Notes: a model not told the origin generated them from the sequence alone. A stretch of DNA of 64,000 bases from Octopus vulgaris (GCA_951406725.2 OX597820.1:15066001-15130000), one strand, 5' to 3'; shown: positions 27,383-40,885, counted from the stretch's first letter. A program made the numbers and translations.

Positions 27383-27664
27383 AGGCGCAATGGCCCAGTG
27401 GTTAGGGCAGCGGACTCGCGGTTTCGATTCCCAGACCGGGCGTTGTGAGTGTTTATTGTGCAAAAACACCTAAAAAATACCACGAGGCTCCGGCAGGGGG
27501 TGGTGATCCTTGCTGTACTCTTTCGCCACTCTTTCTCCCACTCTTTCTTCTGTTGGCCTGCTCGCTTAGCCAGCGGGGTGGCGTCATTCGAAGGCTAAAA
27601 CAATGCGAACACATTGTAACCAGCGATGTGTAACAACATCTGATGGTCTGGTCGGTCACGTAGT

Positions 27665-27672
<8 letters not shown>
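27381..27672 (+). mobile_element. SINE family C (tRNA-derived) inserted in (TA)n
   Basis: TGGCCCAGTGGTTAGGGC A box, GTTTCGATTCC B box, GTCACGT(A/G) duplicated tail, (TA)n on both sides. Confidence 0.85.
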
Positions 27673-27721
<49 letters not shown>

Positions 27722-27884
27722 AATAAGAAAATGGAGGAACAAATTCATTTCAATCATCAACTTACAGATATTACCATTTCATATTATTTATTAACTATAT
27801 AAATAGGAACATCCAAATCTAACAAAACAACATACATCAATATGCAAGATAATAATACCATAAGAATAATACACATAAAATGGT

Positions 27885-28014
27885 TCTTACAGCTGTTTCA
27901 GCCTATAGATAAAAATATCTCATTCTGTCTATATTAGTCAGATGTATTGAGGTAATATGCAGTTAAAAACGAGTTACTTATATATATATATATATCTCAA
28001 GGCCTCGTCAGAGA
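27885..28014 (-). ncRNA. Type I hammerhead fold with ~110-nt stem II region (Penelope-like relic ~27720-28075)
   Basis: Minus strand TCT CTGACGA GGCCT...AGGCT GAAA CAGCTG TA AGA: canonical core, palindromic stem III, short stem I. Confidence 0.65.
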
Positions 28015-28073
28015 TTATAAAGTACAATTATAAAAATGCAAATATAAATATGAAACAAAATACACATATATTA

Positions 28074-28192
<119 letters not shown>

Positions 28193-28469
28193 TATAAGTA
28201 TATATATATAAAAATATACATACACATAAGGTTACAGATAATCAATTATATATACTGGAATATACATATACATCCACATCAGTGGGTACATGTACAATGT
28301 TCATTACATTACCAATAGTAAATGAAAAATACAACATAGAATATACTATAATATACTTAAGAAAAAAGCAGCGAATGTATACGAAAACAAGGACGGAAAT
28401 AAACGGAGAATGTTACGGAGATGTACTTGCATAGCAAGTGACTTGATCTGAGGTCGTGTGCTGAAGCAA

Positions 28470-28714
28470 AAACATTTGCAACGTGGAAGATGTGTAAGCT
28501 ATTTAAGAATACACAAAAACCGTTAGTTTCACTTCGACCTGTTCGCTGAGAAAACTTCGTGCAGTACGGAGTTTTTTTTTTATCAGTGAATAGGTTGCGG
28601 TTTCAAAGCAACGAAAATATTTTGACACTAATTAAATTTAAATGTTGAAGTGAAACTGACGGTTCTTGTGTGTTCTTAAATGGCTTACAAACATCTTCCA
28701 TGCTGCAATTGTTT
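28470..28714. mobile_element. Diverged fold-back (~70-bp arms) with nested hairpin; Penelope-like
   Basis: 28470-28539 vs 28643-28714 are imperfect reverse complements; inner hairpin CCTGTTCGCTGA...TCAGTGAATAGG. Confidence 0.6.
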
Positions 28715-28918
28715 ATACCAAACTTTGGAATAAAGAGCTATACCAGACCACGAACAGGAAGTCACTATGCTGTCCCCATTGTGCCGACTGCTTCATCTCG
28801 GGCAAGGACGATGTACTGCAATAGCTTGGGTTTCAAGGGCCCACAGCTGTTTAACTGTCCGCCGAAGCATCTGAGGAGCCTCCATGGAGTGGATGTAGAC
28901 GTTTTCAAACGTGACCTC
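28715..28918 (+). mobile_element. CR1/Jockey-group LINE ORF2 extreme C-terminal fragment
   Basis: NSLGFKGPQLFNCPPKHLRSLHGVDVDVFKRDL matches the G..LFN.LP..LR....FK..L motif. Confidence 0.7.
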
Positions 28919-29010
28919 CAGCTTGCCGAAGCAAGAAACTTGTAGCATCGAACTCCATCCTTCACCAGAAGCCGCTCCGACAAAGGTGGAAAGTGGAAAG
29001 ATGATTACAA

Positions 29011-29130
29011 TGGCGGTGCTCCAGCATGGCCACAGTCATTGGACTGAAACATATAAGAGAATAAGAATAAGAGAATATATATTCTTTTCTTCTTTTACTT
29101 GTTTTCAGTCTTCTTTTACTTGTTTCAGTC
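29011..29130. mobile_element. Two SINE family A 3' ends, tail to tail
   Basis: GGCGGTGCTCCAGCATGGCCACAGTC on +, then TTTTACTTGTTTCAGTC on -. Confidence 0.7.
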
Positions 29131-29378
29131 GGCTATGTTGGTGTTGTCAAAAGCAGCAGTTACATACTGGTGTCGCTGCATCGCCAAATTCACTTATAGT
29201 AACACCATATGACCTGCGTTGACCAATAGAAAGTTAGTTACCCGCAGCCATCATGGACTTCTAGTACCTCTTCATTCGGTATACCGAGTCTGAACGAACT
29301 AGTCTCCTGTAAAAAGGCCTGCAAAATTTTAAAGTCGCATGGGGCCGATTCAAACTGTTTTAAATAATGATAATAATA

Positions 29379-29560
29379 ATCCTTTCTACTCTAGGCACAA
29401 GGCCTGAAATTTTTGGGGGGGATGAGGCCAGTTGAATAGATTAACCTTAGTACGCAACTGGTACTTAATTTATCGACCTCGAAAGGATGAACGACAAAAT
29501 CGACCTCGGCGGAATTTGAACTCAGAAAGCAAAGACAGACGAAATACTGCGAAGCATTTA
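29379..29560 (-). mobile_element. SINE family B variant
   Basis: CTGGTACTTAATTTATCGACC...CGGAATTTGAACTCAGAA with variant tail. Confidence 0.8.
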
Positions 29561-29601
29561 ATAATTATATATACACATATACATACATACATATATATAT
29601 G

Positions 29602-29687
<86 letters not shown>

Positions 29688-29691
<4 letters not shown>

Positions 29692-30228
29692 GTAGGATAA
29701 AACTTTTTCGAAAAAAATTATTTTCCCCCAAAAATTTTATCAATAGCCAGCATATTAAAAAATACCTTTAAAGGTTAAATTCATAAACAATTCATAAATA
29801 AGAATTTTTTTCGAAAAAAGTTTTATCCTACATTAGATATAAATTTAAGCGTTCACTTCCGGACTCTTTCACTCTGTGAGAGCATCAGTTCAAATCGCAC
29901 GTGTCTCGAATGGGCTTGAGTATTTCTATTTTGGATGTATTTGGGGTACTTAATTGTGCTCATGACTTAGTGTTTGCTTCTTCCATGGGTATGAGTAAGT
30001 ATTTCATTTATTTCTTTTGCCACATGTATCACTGACGAAGGGAGGGCTGTTATAAGCTAACCCTGAAATCGGTCCGATATGGTAATAATGGAATTTTTTA
30101 GAAATTTCTGTCGACCTTTTTTCGAGTAGCGTGCGAATTGTGAAAAAATTAATGGTTAATGGACAATATGTCCAATTTTTGGCATATTTGGCATTAGAAA
30201 TTTTTTCGTTTGCCCTTATTTATGAATT
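29688..30228 (+). mobile_element. Penelope-like pLTR relic with 5' fold-back and hammerhead
   Basis: Arms 29688-29719 and 29802-29835; body homologous to 30945-31260; hammerhead fold at 30027-30079. Confidence 0.75.
30027..30079 (+). ncRNA. Minimal type I hammerhead fold (slightly decayed)
   Basis: TATC(A) CTGACGA AGGG...CCCT GAAA TCGG TC (C)GATA. Confidence 0.6.
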
Positions 30229-30340
30229 ATATATATATATGTATGTATGTATATATATGCACACACATACACACACACATATACTCACACACACAAATAC
30301 AGAGGAGAAATGCAAAAATAAGAAAAGGATACATACATAC

Positions 30341-30371
<31 letters not shown>

Positions 30372-30411
30372 TGTATGCATGTATGTATGTATGTATGTAT
30401 GTATGTATACG

Positions 30412-30503
<92 letters not shown>

Positions 30504-30547
30504 GTATATACATACACATACAAACACACATGCACATATATATATAA

Positions 30548-31262
30548 CTAATGTAGGATAAAAATTTTTCGGGAAAAAAATTTTATCAATGGCCAGCATA
30601 TCAAAAAATACCTTCAAAGGTTAAATTTATCAACAATTTTCAAAATAAGGGCAAAAGAAAAATTCTAATGCCAAATATGCCGAAAAAATGACAAAAATTG
30701 TCAATAACCATTATAATTTACGCATCTCGAAACAAACGGATAGAAATTTCTAAAATATCCGTTATTACCGTATTGGTTCAATTTCGGGGTTAATTCATAA
30801 GAATTTTCCCTCTTCAGCGATAAATACGTGAGATATACGTGAAATACTTACTCATACCCATGGAAAAAGCAAGCACTAAGACCTAAGTACCCCAAATATA
30901 TCCAAAATAGAAAATCTTCGGCACATCTCTGTGAAAGTTTCTAGTTCGAATCACACGTGTCTCGAGATGTGCCGAAGATTTTCTATTTTGGATATATCTG
31001 GGGTACTTAGGTCTGCTCAGGACTTAGTGCTTGCTTTTTCCATGGGTATGAGTATTTCACTTATATCTCACGTAATTATCACTGAAGAGGGGAAAAGTCT
31101 TATGAATTAACCCTGAAATTGGGACCAATACGGTAATAACGGACTTTTTAGAAATTTCTATCCATTTGTTTCAAGAAGCATAAATTATAATGGTTATTGA
31201 CAATTTTTGTCATTTTTTCGGCATATTTGGCATTAGAATTTTTCTTTTGCCCTTATTTTGTA
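30548..31262. mobile_element. Penelope-like fold-back, ~290-bp arms, same family as 29688-30228
   Basis: 30641-30928 vs 30964-31260 are reverse complements (roughly 90% by eye); each arm has CTGAAGA GGG..CCC GAAA with a decayed stem III. Confidence 0.8.
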
Positions 31263-31642
31263 AATTATATATATATATACACGAGGAGAAAGTGTGCATG
31301 TGTGTATGTGTGTGTGAAAGCGGAGAGAGTGAGAGAGAGAGAGAGTGGAAGCAACATCGAAGGAAAGAAATAGAGAGAAAGATTAAAAGAAATTCAAATA
31401 ATAACAATAACAGGAAACGGCAATTACCAATGAAATAGATATGAGACAAGGGAGTGTTTGATGAGCGAGAATTTGTGAAGTTATGCCTGAAAATGTCTTC
31501 CAGCGAATAACCGCCTGGCTGAGGAGAAATCCGATATTTCTAATTGAGACAGAATTAACTTAAAACACCCATCTATTTATCATGTTAATGTACATACATC
31601 GTTGATAGGCCATTTTTTTTGGTGTTATTTGTCGAGAGACAA

Positions 31643-31975
31643 AGGCGGCGAGCTGGCAGAAACGGTAGCACGCCGGGCGAAATGCGTAGCCGTATTTCGT
31701 CTGCCGTTACGTTCTGAGTTCAAATTCCGCCGAGGTCGACTTTGCCTTTCATCCTTACGGGGGTCGATTAAATAAGTACCAGTTACGCACTGGGGTCGAT
31801 ATAATCGACTTAATCCGTTTGTCTGTTTACGTCCCCGTAACTTAGCGGTTCGGCAAAAAAGACCGATAGAATAAGTACTAGGATTACAAAGAATAAGTCC
31901 TGGGGTCGATTCGTTCGACTAAAGGCGGTGCTCCAACATGGCCACAGTCAAATGACTGAACCAAGTAAAAGAGTA
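31643..31975 (+). mobile_element. Chimeric SINE: family B 5' part fused to family A 3' part
   Basis: B sequence runs to TAATCCGTTTGTCTGT (~31826), then A sequence TTACGTCCCCGTAACTTAGCGG through the tail. Confidence 0.88.
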
Positions 31976-32203
31976 TACGTACACACGTATATATACGAAA
32001 GTGGTCGCACATAAGCATGCAAAGGAAATAGGCATACGTCACACACATACACACACACACACATACGCACACATACATACACACATATACACAGGAATGC
32101 ACAATCACACTCCTAGTTGCACCCCTCTTTGTGACTAATTGTCTATATCTGAAAGTTAACAATTTAATCTACTTATCATGATATATGTGTGTGAGTGTGT
32201 GTA

Positions 32204-32245
<42 letters not shown>

Positions 32246-32765
32246 CACAAACACATATATATATATATATGTATGTATACATACCTATGTGTGTGTATAT
32301 ATATATATATATATGAATCGCTTTCGCACGCAACATTTACGAAATTCCGGCAGCAATTTATATCAAATTGACGTTCCTTTCTCTGGCGAGACTTATTTAT
32401 TATACACCACGGCTAAGTGAGCATTTGAAGGCGCTGGCACGAGATAAGATAACGCCCATTCTACAACGCTTAGATTACCTCTGGCAGCGAATTTGAAACG
32501 CTAAGGAACTGCAAGATATTATTTGTAACAAGCAGACAAGCGCACGGACACACGGACACACACTCACACACCTACACGTACATACATACATGCATAATGC
32601 AAGTATATATTGAAGCTAATAAAAATGATTACGTGACTCCTGTTCTCCTGTTAGTCATTAATTATTTATTATTAAGGTCTGCCCTCAACTTACTCTTCAC
32701 ACTATGGCATAAGGATATTGGGTTTTAACAACTGGTTATAAGTATCGTTATGTCTAAGCGTAATA

Positions 32766-32803
<38 letters not shown>

Positions 32804-32805
<2 letters not shown>

Positions 32806-33147
32806 GTAGTGGGGGAGCATCATAGCCATGTGTTGAGAGGGATTCTTTGGGGTTTGAATAATTCACCTCTGGAAACATGGGTGGTTCTTTCAACATCCTT
32901 ATACAACCCTTATTCAGGGACCTTTTGAGCAGGATGAGCTACTCAACCTGAAGAAAATTCTAACTGGGCCCCACCTGCAAGGTCATGTGCTGTTTATCTT
33001 GATATGAGATCACCATGTCACGCACATATGGTTGTGATGCATGTGCCTGGTGTACCTTTATCAGACGGGTAGTCATGATGGGTATATTGGGCTTCGTATA
33101 TTTTACCCCAGTGTCACTTTGATGGCATGCACTGCTCTCTCACTCAA
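32804..33147. mobile_element. Non-coding (TAA)n-embedded element, truncated copy
   Basis: Homologous to 33671-33988; (TAA)n on both flanks. Confidence 0.8.
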
Positions 33148-33179
33148 TAATAATAATAATAATAAAGATAATGATAATA

Positions 33180-33337
<158 letters not shown>

Positions 33338-33338
33338 A

Positions 33339-33988
<650 letters not shown>

Positions 33989-33999
33989 TGATGATGATG

Positions 34000-34035
<36 letters not shown>

Positions 34036-34037
<2 letters not shown>

Positions 34038-34473
34038 CCTTTCTACTATAGGCACAAGGCTTGAAATTTGGGGGAGGGGACTAGTCGATTACATCGACCC
34101 CAGTGTTTCACTGGTACTTAATTAATCGACCCTGAAAGGATGAAAACCAAAGTCAACCTTGGTGGAATTTGAACTCAGAACGTAGCGAAATACCGCTTCG
34201 TATTTCGTCCAGCATGCTAACGATTCTGCCAGCTCGACACCTTAATAATAATGATAATAATAATTTCAAATTTTTGCCACCAGTACAGCTTGTGGGACGT
34301 AGGGACGAGTCGATTATATTGACCCAAGTGTTCAAATGGTACTCATTTTATCGACCCCAAAAGGATATTAGGCAAGTCGACTTCGGCAGAATTTGAACTC
34401 AGAACGTAGCGACGGGCGAAATACCGCTTAGCATTTCGTCCAGCGAGCTAACGATTCTGCCAGATCGCCACCT
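34036..34473 (-). mobile_element. Two SINE family B variants separated by (TAA)n
   Basis: Two heads (TCTGCCAGCTCG / TCTGCCAGATCGCC on +) and two cores. Confidence 0.85.
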
Positions 34474-34487
34474 TAATAATAATAATG

Positions 34488-34522
<35 letters not shown>

Positions 34523-34523
<1 letters not shown>

Positions 34524-35885
34524 TCCAGTTGTTACTTATAGCTACAATGTGTTGAACTGGAATATGAGTGAAGTAAAGAATATAGGTAGGAAAATACGCA
34601 AGCTGCTGAGTTGTAATAGGATGCACCACCCAAAGGCAGACGTAGATCGCCTTTACCTTCCCAGAGCCCAAGGAGGTCGAGGCCTGATCCAATTTGAACT
34701 AGCTTACAAAACAACCACAATTGGACTGGCCAAATATCTCGAAATATCGAATGACTGGATGCTAAAGCTCGTGGAAAATCACGAGAGACGAAAGAAGCTT
34801 CATTCTATCATAAAGGAAAGCAAAAAATTTGCTATTGATCTCGTGCAGGATACCCAAACTGAACAACCCGAAGGAAGTACGGCAACTATTGTTGCAAAGA
34901 AGGTGAAAATGATGGCAATGAAAAAAGCGCACGAGCAATTGGCTGATAGGTGGGAGGAGAAACCTCTGCACGGCAAATATGTGACCCGCAGCAAACAAGC
35001 TGATGTTGACCAGAAGCAAACCCATCAGTGGCTACTGAGCTCAGGGCTAAAAGCAGAGAGCGAAGGTTTCATCCTGGCTGCTCAAGATCAAAGCCTATTA
35101 ACCCGGAACTACCAGGCCAATGTGATGAAAAATGGAGCAGACCCAAAATGCCGATTCTGCAACGACATGATTGAAACAGTGGACCACCTAATCTCTGGAT
35201 GTAAAGTCTTAGCACCAATGGAGTATAAATTAAGACATCACAGAGTTGGCCAATATCTCCACTGGCTAATAAGTCGGCATTACAATATCAAAACTGCCGA
35301 CAAGTGGTATAATCACCACCCTGAGGCTGTAACTGAAGGAGAAAATGTAACGATTCTGTGGGATTTTCCAGTACATTCAGACCGAACCATCAAGGCCAAT
35401 AAACCAGATATTGTTGTGAAAGACCAAAACAATAAAGTTTGCTTATTGATCGACATGAGCATCCCCTGTGATCATAATATCTCAGCTAAAGAGTTTGACA
35501 AGCTCAGAAAATATAAAGACCTACTCATTGAAATTGAGAAAATGTGGCATCTCAAGGCGGTTACAATACCAGTGATCGTAGGAGCACTAGGAATGATCAA
35601 GAAGGGAACCGAAAATTATATGAGCATGATCCCTGGCTTACCATCCCTGCAAGAAGTGCAAAAGATTGTCTTAACTGGTACATCACACGTATTGAGAAGA
35701 GCATTGTCGATGTGAGAACTGTTGCTGCTCATGTATTTTAATTTAAGTTAAAAAAAAAAAAAATGAACGAACTATTGAGTTTGGTTTAATGGCCTACCAA
35801 TGTATACTATGAGTTTCTTTGCCCTAGGAATCGGGAAGACACTCGGCAAGAAATGGAAGCAAATTTGAAAGAAGAGAAAAAAAAA
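34523..35885 (+). mobile_element. 5'-truncated R4/Dong-clade non-LTR retrotransposon in (TAA)n
   Basis: Uninterrupted ORF, ~170-bp 3' UTR ending in an A-run, (TAA)n on both flanks; Dong elements are known to target TAA repeats. Confidence 0.93.
34525..35715 (+). CDS. Partial ORF: RT C-terminus/thumb, CCHC zinc knuckle and PD-(D/E)xK restriction-like endonuclease (5'-truncated)
   Basis: HPKADVDRLYLPRAQGGRGL; CRFC..ETVDHLISGC; KPDIVV..LLIDMSIP..KLRKY; IPVIVGALG. Frame is open from PVVTYSY at 34525 with no native start. Confidence 0.92.
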   Translation, partial: PVVTYSYNVLNWNMSEVKNIGRKIRKLLSCNRMHHPKADVDRLYLPRAQGGRGLIQFELAYKTTTIGLAKYLEISNDWMLKLVENHERRKKLHSIIKESKKFAIDLVQDTQTEQPEGSTATIVAKKVKMMAMKKAHEQLADRWEEKPLHGKYVTRSKQADVDQKQTHQWLLSSGLKAESEGFILAAQDQSLLTRNYQANVMKNGADPKCRFCNDMIETVDHLISGCKVLAPMEYKLRHHRVGQYLHWLISRHYNIKTADKWYNHHPEAVTEGENVTILWDFPVHSDRTIKANKPDIVVKDQNNKVCLLIDMSIPCDHNISAKEFDKLRKYKDLLIEIEKMWHLKAVTIPVIVGALGMIKKGTENYMSMIPGLPSLQEVQKIVLTGTSHVLRRALSM

Positions 35886-35934
<49 letters not shown>

Positions 35935-35980
35935 TAATAACAATAATATTAACAATAATAATAATAATAATAATAATAAC

Positions 35981-36063
<83 letters not shown>

Positions 36064-36073
36064 TAATATTAAC

Positions 36074-36117
<44 letters not shown>

Positions 36118-37204
36118 TGATGATGATGATGATGATGATGCACTGACACAATACCAGGTACTGGCTCTGATGGCTTCTGATCTTAACATACATAAATGCA
36201 TGCATACATACATACATACATATATACATACATACATACATACATACATACATACATACATACATACATCTCGGCCACTCACATATTCACGTGGGGGCAG
36301 AAACAGATGCAGGGGCATGTCTCATGCCCAACCCCGTCCCTCCAAGTCCATATCTTTTCCTCCCCCCTCCGTCTCTCTCTGCCTTTCCCTCTCCTCCATT
36401 TCCTCCTCCCTCCCACCCTCGCTCTTCCCTCTCCCTTACGCACTTATCATCGACATAATTATTCTGCTCTCCCCGATATTTATGCCATGTGTGGATGATG
36501 GCTTTAAATGGTTATCAGTGAACGATCGCCCATAACACACAATTAGATAGAGCCAACAATTAAGTTGTAGAGCAAGCCAGATCAAGACCCACTGCTCCCG
36601 ACCTTGCACTGTGCAAACACAGGCGCACACACACACACACACACACACATACGCACTTACACATGCACACGCACACACACAGACACACATACGCACTTAC
36701 ACATGCACACACACACACATGTATACACACATGCATATAGACACGCACGCACACATGCATGCACATACATACACCACACACACGCATGCACACGCACACA
36801 TACATATATATATACACACACTTGCCTATAGACATGCACGCATAAAGACACGCGCGTGTACACGCATCGCATACACACACCACACACACGTACATATGCA
36901 TGTACATACACAGCTATACACACATGTACAACATACACACACCACACATACACGTACGCACATACACACACACCATACACACACACACCACACACACACG
37001 CACGCACATACACACACACCACATACACACATACGTAAGCACACATGCACGAACATACACATACGTGCAGGCACGTACACGCACGCACATACAATAAACG
37101 CACGCACTCACATACACTCATACATACGCCTCGCACACGCACATACACGAAGACACACGCGTATGTATGTGTGTGTCTGTGTGTCTGTGTATCTGTATAT
37201 GCAT

Positions 37205-37325
37205 GTTATTATTCAGTTTTATTTCAAGATTGCTTGCCATTACAGAAGGGGCTGGTTTCTAACCTCGATCCAAGGCCCCTTCATTGGAATTTCAACATCA
37301 AGAACGGGGTATTTTTGTATGTATG

Positions 37326-37357
<32 letters not shown>

Positions 37358-38067
37358 TGTATGTATGTATGTATGTATGTATATATGTATGTATGTATGT
37401 ATGCATGTATGTATGTATGTATGTATGTAAAGTTAATCCAAGCATGAAAGCACAAAAATACACAACAACGCGAGGACGTGGAACAAATGTAGTATTATTG
37501 GACGCTCAGGAAAGAAGGAAAGAAGAAGGGTTTAACGTTTCGAGCGGAGCTCTTTGTCGGAAATATAGGAGAAGGAAAGATCCAGAGAAGGGAAGACAGA
37601 GGAAAAGAAATCGCCAACGGTACACCCGCGGTCAGATTTTGTATGTATGTATGTGTGTATGTATGTATGTATGTATGTATTTATGTATGTATGTATGTAT
37701 GTATGTATGTATGTATATGTGCAGATTTGTATGTTTTATGTATGTATTCTCATGCATATAGTTGCATATCTAGACACTCTCATATATATTTAAATGATAA
37801 ACTTCAAGAAAGTTTTACAGACTTTTATAATTCCAATGATGGATTGGATTTGTAGTCTTCGAATTAGCTTTCTCTTTTGTGGTATCGGGAAGCCTAATTT
37901 CTTAAGATTGGTATTTAGGCAGTGTGTTAAATATCCTAGGGCCCCAATAATTACAGGTATAAACTTCAACTTGTAATCTGGATAGAGAAACTGCAGATTT
38001 CTCATTAGTTCAGCGTAGATATTCTCTTTTTCACTGATCTTCAGCTTTATGTTAACTTCCGCGGTGC
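37205..38067 (-). mobile_element. 5'-truncated RLE-type LINE related to 19047-19854, in (TACA)n, 3' UTR interrupted
   Basis: 38067-37790 encodes KISEKENIYAELMRNLQFLYPDYKLKFIPVIIGALG..KVCKTFLKF; 37205-37316 resembles the 3' UTR at 19770-19840. Confidence 0.82.
37428..37637 (-). mobile_element. Penelope-like relic with decayed hammerhead (37531-37563)
   Basis: Minus strand TTT CCGACAAA GAGC-TCC-GCTC GAAA CG TT AAA; shares GACGCTCAGG with 22835 and 60374. Confidence 0.6.
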
Positions 38068-38227
38068 TATGTATGTATGTATGTATGCATGTATGTATGT
38101 ATGTATGTATGTATGTATGTATGTATGTATGTATGTATGTATGTATGTATGTATGTATGTATGTATGTATGTATGCATGTATGTACGTGTGTATGTATGT
38201 ATGTATGTATGTATGTATGCATGTATG

Positions 38228-38261
<34 letters not shown>

Positions 38262-38371
38262 TGCATGTATGTATGTATGTATGTATGTATGTATGTATGT
38301 ATGTATGTATGTATGTATGCATGTATGTACGTGTGTATGTATGTATGTATGTATGTATGTATGCATGTATG

Positions 38372-38405
<34 letters not shown>

Positions 38406-38419
38406 TGTATGCATGTATG

Positions 38420-38453
<34 letters not shown>

Positions 38454-38740
38454 TGTACGTGTGTATGTATGTATGTATGTATGTATGTATGTATGTACGT
38501 GTGTATGTATGTATGTATGTATGTACGTGTGTATGTATGTACGTATGTATGTACGTGTGTATGTATGTATGTATGTATGTATGTATGTATGTCTGTCTGT
38601 CTGTCTGTATGTATGTATGTATGTATGTATGTATGTATGTATGTACGTGTGTATGTATGTATGTATGTATGTATGTATGTATGTATGTATGTATGTATGT
38701 ATGTATGTATGTATGTATGTATGTATGTATGTATGTATGT
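38068..38740. repeat. (TATG)n microsatellite, ~670 bp
   Basis: Direct inspection. Confidence 0.97.
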
Positions 38741-39154
38741 AGGAGTGGCTGCGTGGTAAGTAGCTTGCTAACCAACCATACGGTTTCGGGTTCAGTCCCA
38801 CTGCGTGGCACCTTGGGCAAGTGTCTTCTACTATAGCCTCGGGCCGACCAACGCCTTCTGAGTGGATTTGGTAGATGGAAACTAAAAGAAGCCTGTCGTA
38901 TATGTTTATATGTGTGTGTGTGAGAGAGTGTCTTTGTGTATCTGTGTTTGTCGCCCACCCCCCCGGGCATCGTTTGACAACCGATACTGATGTGTTTACA
39001 TCCCGTAACTTAGCGGTTCAGCAAAAGAGAACCGATAGAATAAGTACTAGGCTTACAAAGAATAAGTTCTGGGGGTCGATTTGCTCGACTATAAAGGCGG
39101 TGCTCCAGCATGGCCAAAATCAAATGACTGAAACAAGTAAAAGAGTAAAAGAGT
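38740..39154 (+). mobile_element. SINE family A, full length
   Basis: Homology to family A. Confidence 0.92.
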
Positions 39155-39540
39155 ATGTTATGTATGTATGCATGTATTATGCATAAGCATTCATATACAC
39201 CACACAAGTGCACGCGCACATTGCATTCTCCCACACACTCATACATACACACCCACATACATGCACGCATATGCGTGCTTCTCTACCAACCGGGAGATTC
39301 GTCATCATGTTTATGCATCGACTTTGTCTTACTGATAACGTCAATTAATCTTTGTGGTGTGTTTTTGTAGGACATTTTTTTCTCTCTTGGTTAAGCAATA
39401 AATCCTATTTCTCCAAAGCAATTGATAAAGTTCTATTTTATCTCCCTTCTCCAGGGAGCGGGGCTGAAATGCAAATCACCTCCCCGGCAGAACTTGAACA
39501 CAGAACCAAGAGGCAAAATGCAGATTGTTTTTCCTTCTTT

Positions 39541-39603
<63 letters not shown>

Positions 39604-39604
<1 letters not shown>

Positions 39605-40126
39605 TAGTTAGTTAGTTAATTTGGCTCAAAAGCAAATAGCAAGGCCATGTAGGGGGGACATGGAGTTAAGTACAGGGTGGTGTTCATGTAAAGAGTTCAG
39701 GCCACTTGAGGTCCAGGGAGGCTTTGAACAAAGCGGTCGTCGGCATCTTCACCATCTCGTCTGGCAGCTTGTTCCACGGATCCGCAACCCGGACGGAGAA
39801 AGCCCTCTCCTTCGATTGAGATGAAATCGTCGCAGGTACAGCTTTTCGGAATGACCCCGCAGCCGACGCTCTGGAGAAGGAGTGAAGAACTGCTCTTTCG
39901 AGAGGTTACACTTTCCGCTAATGATGTTGTGAGCAAGAATGAGATTACCACGGCGGCGGCGTTTTTCTAGAGAATAAAGGTCGAGCGTCCTCAGCCTTTC
40001 TTCATAGGACAAATTTTTGAGACCATGAACCATGCGGGTAGCCAGCTTCTGGACTCTTTCGAGATGCTGTATGTCTTTGAGGAGATAAGGAGAAGAGGCT
40101 TGAATCCCGTATTCCAATATGGGTCT
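39604..40126 (-). mobile_element. 5'-truncated CR1-like LINE 3' end
   Basis: RPILEYGIQASSPYLLKDIQHLERVQKLATRMV..YEERLRTLDLYSLEKRRRRG..RGH, one frameshift, then WNKLP..FKASLD; short UTR with (CTAA)n tail; (TAG)n flanks. Confidence 0.92.
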
Positions 40127-40157
40127 AGTAGTTGTAGTGGTGGTGGTGGTGGTGGTA

Positions 40158-40213
<56 letters not shown>

Positions 40214-40263
40214 CAGCAGCAGCAGCAGCAGCATTAGTAGTAGTAGTATTGGTGGTGATAGTA

Positions 40264-40668
40264 AAGGCGGCGAGCTGGCAGAAACGTTAGCACGCCGGGC
40301 GAAATGCGTAGCCGTATTTCGTCTGCCGTTACGTTCTGAGTTCAAATTCCGCCGAGGTCGACTTTGCCTTTCATCCTTTCGGAGTCGATTAAATAAGTAC
40401 CAGTTATGCACTGGAGTCGATATAATCGACTTAATCCGTTTGTCTGTCCTTTTGTTTGTCGTCTCTGTGTTTAGCCCCTTGTGGGTAGTAAAGAAATAAG
40501 TATTTCGCCCCTGTCGCTACGATCTGAGTTCAAATTCCGCCGAGGTCGACTTTGCCTTTCATCCTTCCGGTGGTCGATTAATTAAGTACCAGTTGAACAC
40601 TGGGGCTGGTGTGTTTGATTTTCCTCTCACTCCAAATTTCAGACCTTGTGCCTATAATAGAAAGGATT
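40264..40668 (+). mobile_element. SINE family B dimer (second unit with variant tail)
   Basis: Full unit, then junction GAAATAAGTATTTCG at ~40493-40507. Confidence 0.9.
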
Positions 40669-40885
40669 GGTTGTGGTAGTGCGGTGGTGGTGGTGGTGAT
40701 GGTAGTAGTAGTAGTAGTAGTAGTAGTAGTCTTGGGTGCCAGATATTTTCCGCTGTTTTTGTTTTATTTTATTTCTTTTCTTTTCTGCACTTATTTTAAT
40801 CAAGTCTATTTGTCTTATTTGAATTAACATGTAGTATTTTATTGTTTTATAAGGGCAGAGATGTAGCTCTTTTCTTCCTCTACAA

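Noticed and set aside
27381-27440. tRNA gene (also the heads of SINE families A, B and D)
   Set aside because: A and B boxes are present but there is no complete cloverleaf, and the sequence continues into a SINE body.
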